DNA of 63,056 nt, filler included, from Sphacelaria rigidula (Eukaryota): the NCBI GenBank assembly GCA_964200075.2. It is 6 parts of 6 records of this genome, joined end to end, with 100 filler letters (N's around TTAATTAATTAA, not from the genome) between each part and the next. Parts side by side here need not be neighbours in the genome. Positions count along the whole stretch, not along the records: positions 52,633 to 63,056 come from CAXNAA020006514.1; 5 more parts are not named here. One strand, given 5' to 3'. The notes beneath the pieces were generated by a model. That model saw only the letters and a list, made by a program, of their open reading frames with translations, was not told where the DNA came from and made no database searches. Of the stretch, positions 55,119-63,056 are shown in pieces. Both the position numbers and the translations under genes were made by a program. Within the stretch, counting starts at the first letter, position 1. Every line of letters starts with the position of its first letter.

Positions 55119-57474
55119 ATGTAGGCAATCATCGACGGGAACAAGGGGAAAGCAGTCGGGTGCGCGGGGTCTTCGGCACTTCTACTTCGCGCGGTATCTG
55201 TGCGTCACGGGTGTTGTGGTGCTCTCACCTCGAAATCGATTGCGGTTCACTATTTCACGTTTGGTCTGCTCCGGCCGGCGTCTCAGAAGTGCTCCAGACG
55301 TTGTACCCCAACTGTGAATCTAACCCTAACCCTAACCCTACGTCAATACTTTTGATCCTAGATGTCTTCAATCGTGCGGCTGTCATGCTGTGCCGTCCAA
55401 CGATAACGGAATTTTGTTTGCCGCGCCATCATATCGCATGGTTGCTGCATGCGATCGTCGTTCTGTTGTCCAACTTTACAACACGAACTTTACGTCCACA
55501 GACACTCGGATGATCTCGCTCCACGTAGAGGGTCATTGGAACCCGGGTGCAGGTTCCCAGCATGCAATCGTTGCGCAAAAAAGGGCAGTAGGTGGGAGTA
55601 ATACCTCCCTTCATGGAGTATCTCACCCACAGAATTACACATAACCCACGGCCGTATGTCGCACGTCGTGTATCTTGATGGCTTGGGTATGACCATCACA
55701 TACGCACTACAGTTGTACATGCTGTTTCTTCTTGCAGTCAGCGCTGTTCATACCCGAGCATTGACCCTTTTGGAACCCTTCCCTCCTGTTCCCTGGCCAA
55801 ACGCCTTATTATGAGAAGCCCTGACCAAGAGGAAAACATGGAAACAAAAAAGGCCGACGGCAACCATTTTTTAAATGGAAGACCGAAGAAGAATGTCCTC
55901 CCTGAAGAGGTCGGGTGAGGTCTATCCAATCATACCACGCAACGGATGAAGTGTGTCCAATTGTACCCATCGACAATAATCAGCAAAACCACCATGAAAC
56001 ATTCCATTCAAAAAACAGCAATGGGTTCCAGGGTCCGATCAGGCACATCGGTATATCAGCATTTATTTGAAGATAAGGGAAGCACCATTTTGACGGACTG
56101 CAGCATCAGGTGGCGAGTTTGTCGAGCCACACCGTACATACAGCACAGTATGGATGAACCCAGCGAAATCCCGTTACCAAATGTGGGAGGCACAGTGGGT
56201 TGTGCGAGCGGTACATGGCGGGCGTAATCGCAGGCGTCCGCACAGGCGATATGCATGCACACGGGAGGGCGCCAACGGGCTCCGCCTACCGTAATCAGGC
56301 CAGGTGAAAAACACTACCGTCAGTAAATACAGTAGGTTACAGTATTGACTTGCGGCGACACTCCGTGCAAGATAAATATGAGCATGTCGTGGAAAGTCGG
56401 CCACGAGAGTAGACGGCACAAGACAATAGCGGTAGCCCGCGTCATGAATCTCATGCAGCATGAAGTATGTCTATGCAACGGTCGGGAGCGATCAACCCGC
56501 GGTAAAGATGTGGTGGGGCAACTGTGCCTTTCGCTACTCCGTTGTGTAATATTCAATCCACAGTATGATGTTGTCGGCACGTGCTTGGCAGAGCGCAGTT
56601 CTGCGCACGCCTCGCGTTTTACAGAGATAATTTCAAAATACGATACAAACATAACACGAAGCGGTGAGGCATCACCCCTGGGGCGACGGCATTTGGCAGA
56701 CTCAGCTTACACCACAGTGACGGTGCATAGCTGCAGGACACATGGCGTCTGCGTTGCCTTTACGGATTTTTTCAAACGGCGGAATGGTGCTGTCGGAACG
56801 TGCATGAGCGCGATGTTGTGCATGACGTGAGTCGGCAGTCGAGATTACCCCCAAACTGCTGTAAATACACCCAGTACCGTACAGGGCAGTATCGCAGCAC
56901 CCTCGGCGGCACGGAAAGGTGACTACCTCGAATTGTATTACACTGCCAGTTCATAAATATGGCGAATGTGCCACCGGCGTTGCCCTTGTTGCTATGACGC
57001 TGCAAAGAGTATAAACTGCAGCGGCAAGGGCGTGCAGGTCAGGCGGGAAGCATGCTTCCCAGAGGCTTGCCGCGCACTGTGGCCGGGGAAGGGGCTCATG
57101 AGTGTAGAAAAGAAACGTCGACGGTTCCTTGACCTCGCCCCAATAAGAAAATAGAAAACCTTCTCTTGTTCCACTTGTCACTCGCACGGGTCTGAAAAAT
57201 ACGCGTCGGGCGAATATTGTTGCATCTAAGCTGTGAACCACCAACCATATCTTGCTCAAAAACCGTCAATTTCAAATGATCAATTTGCCATTGTGAGTTC
57301 CAAAAGGGTTAAACTCTTTAGACTGTACAACACTCTGTGCTGCATTGCACTTCACTACACGCAGTCGTCCTGTTCTGTGCTGCACTGAGGTTCACGGGAC
57401 AGTGCTGCACGGGCTTGTCATGTACTGGGGTGAACAGCTTATACCACAGGAAGGCTGGCTGGATTGTTGTAAAT

Positions 57475-59120
57475 CAGGGTTGCACATGGGACATCGATAA
57501 TCGATATGATTTCGATAAACATCGGCGATACGCAGTGTCGGTATCGGAGCGTAGAAAATCGATATATGCCATACGTATCAATATCGATTATGAATATCGA
57601 ATATCGATACGCTCGATACTGTCTCCCCCTCTGTCCAAAAAATACTGTCCAAAAAATACAATCCAACCATCCATCCATCCATCCATCCATCCTCAATCAA
57701 CCTTTAATTTATTTATTATTTTACAAATTATATATATGTATATATATATATTTGACCCCTTTTTCGTCAAATCAGCTCAATCTCTCGAAACCGTCGTCAC
57801 AGGAAATGTAGGGGGGATGGTATTTCCCCAACGGTAGACCCCCAGTTGATTCAGCCTCACCCCTCGCCACTCTACAAGGTCACCTGCACACACCACTTTT
57901 CCACACGAGCAGTCACCGCAGTAACCAACTTGCTTCTGTGTGCTTGGCGTCACCGCAGTGTGTATAAGTTACACTTGCGAGTATAGCTGTAGAGAGCGGT
58001 TGCACGGTGTGCAAATGGATGCAGTATCTATTCATAGGATAGGATGCGACATAGTAACCGCTGGTGCCTCGTGGGTTTGGTGATTCAGCGGGGGTGTTTA
58101 ACAGCGGCAACATACGGGTGGCGTGGCGGAGTAAATATGAGGTCACGATCACTGCAAAGCTGCAGATAACAGTAGGAAACAGTTGTCCTTCGGGGTATGA
58201 GGAGATGGTAGTGTCGCTTCGCATTTCCTTCATGTTTGACGAGTATTGTATATTTTTTCCCCTCCATTCACTACCCTGGACATTCTAATTGTTGCAAGCT
58301 TAATGGTTTTTTCTTCTTGGTTGGTGACATCCAAATATATAGATATATACATTGTTTGGCATCCAAAAATTAAAATTTGACGCATGCTGCCGACGTCTCC
58401 TGTTATTGGTATTAACAGTGAAAAACGTTGAAGAAAAAGAGCGCGCATTTGAGTTTATGCATGTCCGAGGTTTGACACGTTTTCTTCTCTGATGAATGTG
58501 CAGAGTCGAGGTATGCGCTCATTCAATCGAAACACACAGAAGTATGGCCGTAGAAATGAAAAAAGTATAACCAATACCACACCCGGCCCGCTGTGATCAA
58601 GTACCTCTTGCATGATGGCGAAACACATTCATTAGACAGCCGCATCACCGCATGACGCCGCTGCTATGATGTCAATTTGCACACTACCCGCTGCTGTACA
58701 TCATGTGTCCACTGCTGTCCACTGGAAACTACCGTAGGTTTCACAAGATACCACACCCTCAGGAGCGAATTTCAAAGCTCGAAAACTTTCTCTCGACGTG
58801 ATGGTTACAACGCCGCCCAGTTCAGCCCTGGCATCGCTTCTGGTGAGGAGTATGTGAGCTTTGAAAATCTGTCTAGGGGATGTGGTATCTTATGCGACCT
58901 ACAATAATAGTGAGAGAAGGTGTCAGTGTGACAGTGTGCTGCTCGTCTTGTACACTGCGGCCATACCAAAACAGTCGTATCCTATCGAATATCGATACAG
59001 TACTCGATAGATATCGTGTCATTTTCGGAATATCGACGAAAATATCGGTATCGGCGGTTGTGAGTCGATGTCCTAAGAATATCGTATCGAACTTTATTGT
59101 CGGTCCGATACGCAATCCTG
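57475..59120. mobile_element. Non-autonomous TIR element with ATCGATA-rich subterminal regions (hAT-like termini)
   Basis: CAGGGTTGC at 57475 and GCAATCCTG ending at 59120. Dense tatcg/cgata motifs at 57490-57620 and 58975-59110. Confidence 0.65.
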
Positions 59121-59962
59121 AATCAGATCAGATCAATCAGGAAGGGGGCTTTCTGCTGCACCCATGTGCTGGTGTGGAGCGAATTTTAAAATTTTAAAAC
59201 TTTAGCCAACTCGTTTATTCTGTGACATGGATGAATTTCAGTGGATCCTTTTGCAATAGAAATGTTGCTTTGTCTACATGGTAAAATATTCCTCTGCGTC
59301 TCTGCCGGTGGTGTAACGCGAGCGCCGTGCTCTCCTATAATACAGTGTTATTCCTTTTCAATATCATGGAGGCGGTACTTTTGGAGATTAGACGCCCCAA
59401 CACCGTACACCAGGCGTCTGATGATACTGAAACTTGACGTGTGTGTGGACTGAAGCCGCAGGTAGGTGTTGACGCAGCAGTTTCGGTGAACCAGGGTGTT
59501 TTGTGCGCTGCGTGGCTTGAANNNNNNNNNNGTGGAAAACAAGAACACTTTCTGATGACAGTTCTAGAGGGTAACGGTATGAAATCCGCGCGGAGACAGG
59601 AGTAGATCTTGCCATCCGGCTCCGCGCCCATAGGGTAACTTGTGCATTGATATGCACAACTTGATTAAAATATAGGACCCATACTTTTTTTCCACTCATC
59701 ACCTGAATAACGCCTGCCAATTCAAAGAATCATTGATGTGAATTGATGTGCATAGCCAATCAGCGCGTGTCGAGCATGAGGAGCATGGCCGAAAGCACCA
59801 CAGCGTCCTCGGGATGATGGCTAAGCCAATGCACGTAGTGAGACGAGATAGAAACAGCCTTTGTTCATCGGGTGCCGCGGCCCGCCGAAAATCTTCATGT
59901 ACCCAACATGAAATGTCCAGCTCTTGCCCTATTTTTTTTCTGCTGCTGCTTGGTCAGCAGCA

Positions 59963-62570
59963 GGTGGTGGCTCCTGGCCGCGGTCGGCCGCCCGAGAGAA
60001 GAAATCGACCGGGCTCAGCGAAACCCGGCAAAGAGAGCGCTGACGATAAACGGCGAAGGTTAGCTGAACAACAGGCCTCTCGCAGGGTCCACGCACGCTT
60101 CTGGGGCAAAACTCCTGCCACTGAAAGTTCTAACCCTGGTGCCAGTGGAGGATCATCAAGATCTACGCAGGGTAGTGGCAGCTCTGTTGCCAGCGGAGGA
60201 TCATCGGCAACTCACCAGGATGCTGAACGCTTCTGTTCCACCGCAACTCCACGGCAAGGTGATGACAGCTTTCGTGCAAGCGGAGGATCACGGGGGACTG
60301 GGCAAGATGGTGGCAGCTCTGGCGCCGGCTGAGGATCAGCAGGAACACGTGGAGGCAGTGGAAGCTCTCGTGCGAGCGGAGGGTCAGGGGGCACTCGTCA
60401 GAAGGATGGTAACTTTGGTGCGAGCGAAGGAATTTTCGAATCTCAGCAGAGTGAGTCGGCGAGCGCTGTCGATGGTCATGGCACAGGCACGGCAGATGGC
60501 GGGGACTCTCAGGTCGATCAGGTCTGGACACAGGTAGAAGTAGACCATTAATCTTCGAACTGCTTGTGCGGGTACATGGTACAGTGCAAGGCATCCCTAG
60601 TTTCGCCGAATTGTAGGCAGCCGCTGGAACGCGTTTGCCGTTCTGCTGTGGTGTACTGTACTGACTGTGGTGGGCGATACAGAAATGCACAGTGATCTGA
60701 GTTAGATTGAAGCATACAAGATCATGAGTAGACCTTTCCTCCCTTGCTGCCGGGCATCACTCGCATTTGCTGTGATGTTCTTCAGCCGCAGTTGACTCCG
60801 CAACAACGGCGTGTGAAGGAGGTCCAGAGGAAAATTGCTGAAGCCAGCAGCTACCCGTACGATGATTTTTTTGTGAGACCGCGAAACCCTGTGCTCAACG
60901 CCCGAACGCGGGCGAGCGATTTCTATCTACGCCCCGTGTTCGTGTGGCGGCCTGAGCTGCAGTGTCTGAAAGTACAAGCGCAGTTCGGCGACAAGCTGCC
61001 TTGCCCCCGAGACAAGACAGCAAAGGATGTGACCAAGAAGGGATGGATCTCACACATATCCAGAGTGGGTTTAATGAGGGATGAGTGCTGCGACATGACG
61101 ACGTACTGGTACATATGTCGCACTTGTGAAGACGAAAACAAAAAGCGGGCCAAGGTGAGTTAGTTCACCCTTTTGGAACTCGCGAAAAACAGTACAAGCT
61201 CCCATATGCGAGCTTTTGTCGCCGGGAAAGCGTCATTCCAAGGATATCGTTAACGAGCTCTGGAAGGGTCTCAACGAGTACAGCAAATCATTCCAAGGTG
61301 TCAAGCCCCGCCTAACCCTCTTTGCGGGCGAAAAACGATGGAGAAGGATTAAAAATGCACTTTTTGAAAAGGTTTATTTCTTGATACATGAGATGTAGTC
61401 TAAATCGTCACTCGTCCATCAACGGGTGCATATTTTCGCCGTTAATTTCATCCACTTTTCCCTGGCTTGCACGAGCTCGCCAAGAACATTCTTCGTGTAA
61501 TCTCGCTGCAGTACCTTGAAGTTACTTTGCTAGACGCTCCCGTCGCCTGCGAGTGACAAGCCTTGTACGCGTCTATCATGAATACTACCCTCGTGCAGGA
61601 ACAGAAGAAGGTACCCGAATCATTCAGGACGTGGGACCCCGCGGTCTTGACCCAGCTTCCCATGTACGTGCAGGAGAGTTTTCCTTTCATCCTTACGAAG
61701 AAGTCAGCGGTGCACAAGGATATCGTTAACGACTTGCGTGACGACGTCGTTAGAGGGGGGAAGAGTTATAGAGCGTGTTCAGACGGGATCGGGCAAATGC
61801 ATTTAGTGCGGTACCACGGCCAAGAGATGAAGTACTACAGCAAGCTGTTGTGGGATAGGAAAATCCCCTCGGTGGGTATACCGGTGAAGGAGGAAATATT
61901 CAGCGAGTTTGGAAACCGAAGGTATTACAATGGTTTCTCTCCGTTTGCGCACTACCTGAGGCCTTTGTGGACTGAAGTCCAGGAGAGGCGACCAGTGGCC
62001 AAGCTCGACAAATATGTCAAAGGAGGGAAGGGCGAGGTGCGTTGACAGAATAATCACGACTCTGCTTTAACATTGGGTAATCTTGGTCTCCATGTACAAG
62101 TAGAATGTTTTTGCTCGTGTTCTCAGATTGTTATTGACTACTTCGTTGCGATGTCGATTTCTTCACGTATCGATATTTCCTCCTGACCCCACGCACTTGC
62201 AGGAGGGTTGGACTCGTGAATACTTCTTGCAGCGACGCCAACAACAGATTGATGGGACTGTGCTGAGCATGGACGGCTCATACAAATTCGTCAAATTCGT
62301 TCGTGTACGGGATGGAAAAGGTGCTGACGCACGGCCTATCTACTGTGTAATGACCGTTTTCAACGAGTTCGAGCAGATGGCTCATGCTCTGCGATCAGTC
62401 AGCGCGGCGATGATAGACCGAAGGTCATTCTGAGGCTATGCCACATTGATGGAATCATGTGATCTGAACTCGTCATGCCTGCAGCGCTGTATGGTACCCC
62501 GGTATGTACATCGTTTCGATTGTGTAGTGCCCGCCTCACCTGTTTTCTCTGTTTTTTTCCAGTGAAGGGG

Positions 62571-62605
<35 letters not shown>

Positions 62606-63014
62606 TGTTTTACAGGTGGTCATGCAGAAGGGCTTGGTTGGCGCATCAGTAAGAGAGATCAAGGAAGACCTGAAGCTGCTGCTGAGGGCTCGCTACAGAG
62701 ACAGCGGATTCAAGCTCCCTCGGGTGGTGTACACGGATTTGTGTTGTGACGACCGACAGCTGCTTCGCGAGATTCTCAACGAACTTCGGGACAAAGGGTG
62801 GGAGTATCGCCTCGCAGACCCCGAGCCAACGGGACCGGAACAGCCGCTGTACAAGATTCCGGATGATGTTGACGGTGTTTGCGTTCGGGCGAGCCAGCAG
62901 AAAACTGTCTTGGAAGGTTTGTGCCAAAAACTTGATAGAGAGATCGCTGCAAACGGCCACGTCATGGGCCTGGACATCGAGTGGGGGGGCGTACTCATTT
63001 GTTGCTTGCCTTAG
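59963..63014 (+). mobile_element. Intron-containing putative DDE transposase gene (Cys cluster, DDE-like core, start of a 3'-5' exonuclease domain); disabled and truncated by the contig end
   Basis: Exons about 59963-60512 (basic plus G/S repeats, in-frame TGA at 60330), 60786-61154 (VFVWRPE...LPCP...GW...YICRTC), 61599-62036 (SFRTWDPAVLTQLP...FPFILTKKSAV), 62203-62376 (VLSMDGSYK...TVFNEFEQ) and 62616-about 62990 (RYRDSG..PRVVYTDLCCDD...VMGLDIEW). Confidence 0.7.
60141..60467 (+). repeat. 48-bp coding minisatellite (16-aa G/S-rich unit)
   Basis: 'gc.agcggagg.tca' variants start at 60141, 60189, 60276, 60324, 60372 and 60420. Confidence 0.75.
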
Positions 63015-63056
63015 TCGTTTGACCATTGACCACGCATCCCTTTCGAGACGGAGCAC

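Noticed and set aside
55319-55340. (CCCTAA)3 telomere-like tract
   Set aside because: Only about three units, internal to a decayed element; not a chromosome end.
56820-57040. Plus-strand mini-exon chain
   Set aside because: The implied introns are only about 58 and 31 nt and the joined frame meets a stop.

Overview
Eukaryotic, intron-rich, repeat-rich DNA, most likely from a stramenopile (brown-alga-like; inferred from the Rab1A paralogue type, long GT-AG introns and a plastid-targeting-like leader). The window is not one locus. It is six contigs (10429, 10428, 10427, 10424, 10424 and 10424 bp, in descending size) joined by identical 100-bp linkers (N44-TTAATTAATTAA-N44), so adjacency across linkers means nothing. 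Host genes reconstructed exon by exon: a partial Rab1A GTPase with a probable GC-AG intron, the start of an LRR gene, a complete 7-exon 336-aa myristoylation-motif EF-hand protein, the 3' four exons of an EndoU/XendoU endoribonuclease, and a possible plastid-targeted first exon. The rest is mobile or repeated DNA: copia and chromodomain-gypsy remnants, a LINE endonuclease remnant, two tRNA-derived SINE types, and many TIR/foldback elements. Three things stand out: (i) a >8-kb satellite in which diverged 63-bp monomers give way to a 346-bp higher-order unit (5 x 63 + 31) with 1038- and 1730-bp super-periods; (ii) an intron-containing putative DDE transposase that runs into a WRN/DnaQ-type 3'-5' exonuclease motif; (iii) a decayed large ORF with a THAP-like zinc finger near a TTAA-CCC terminus.
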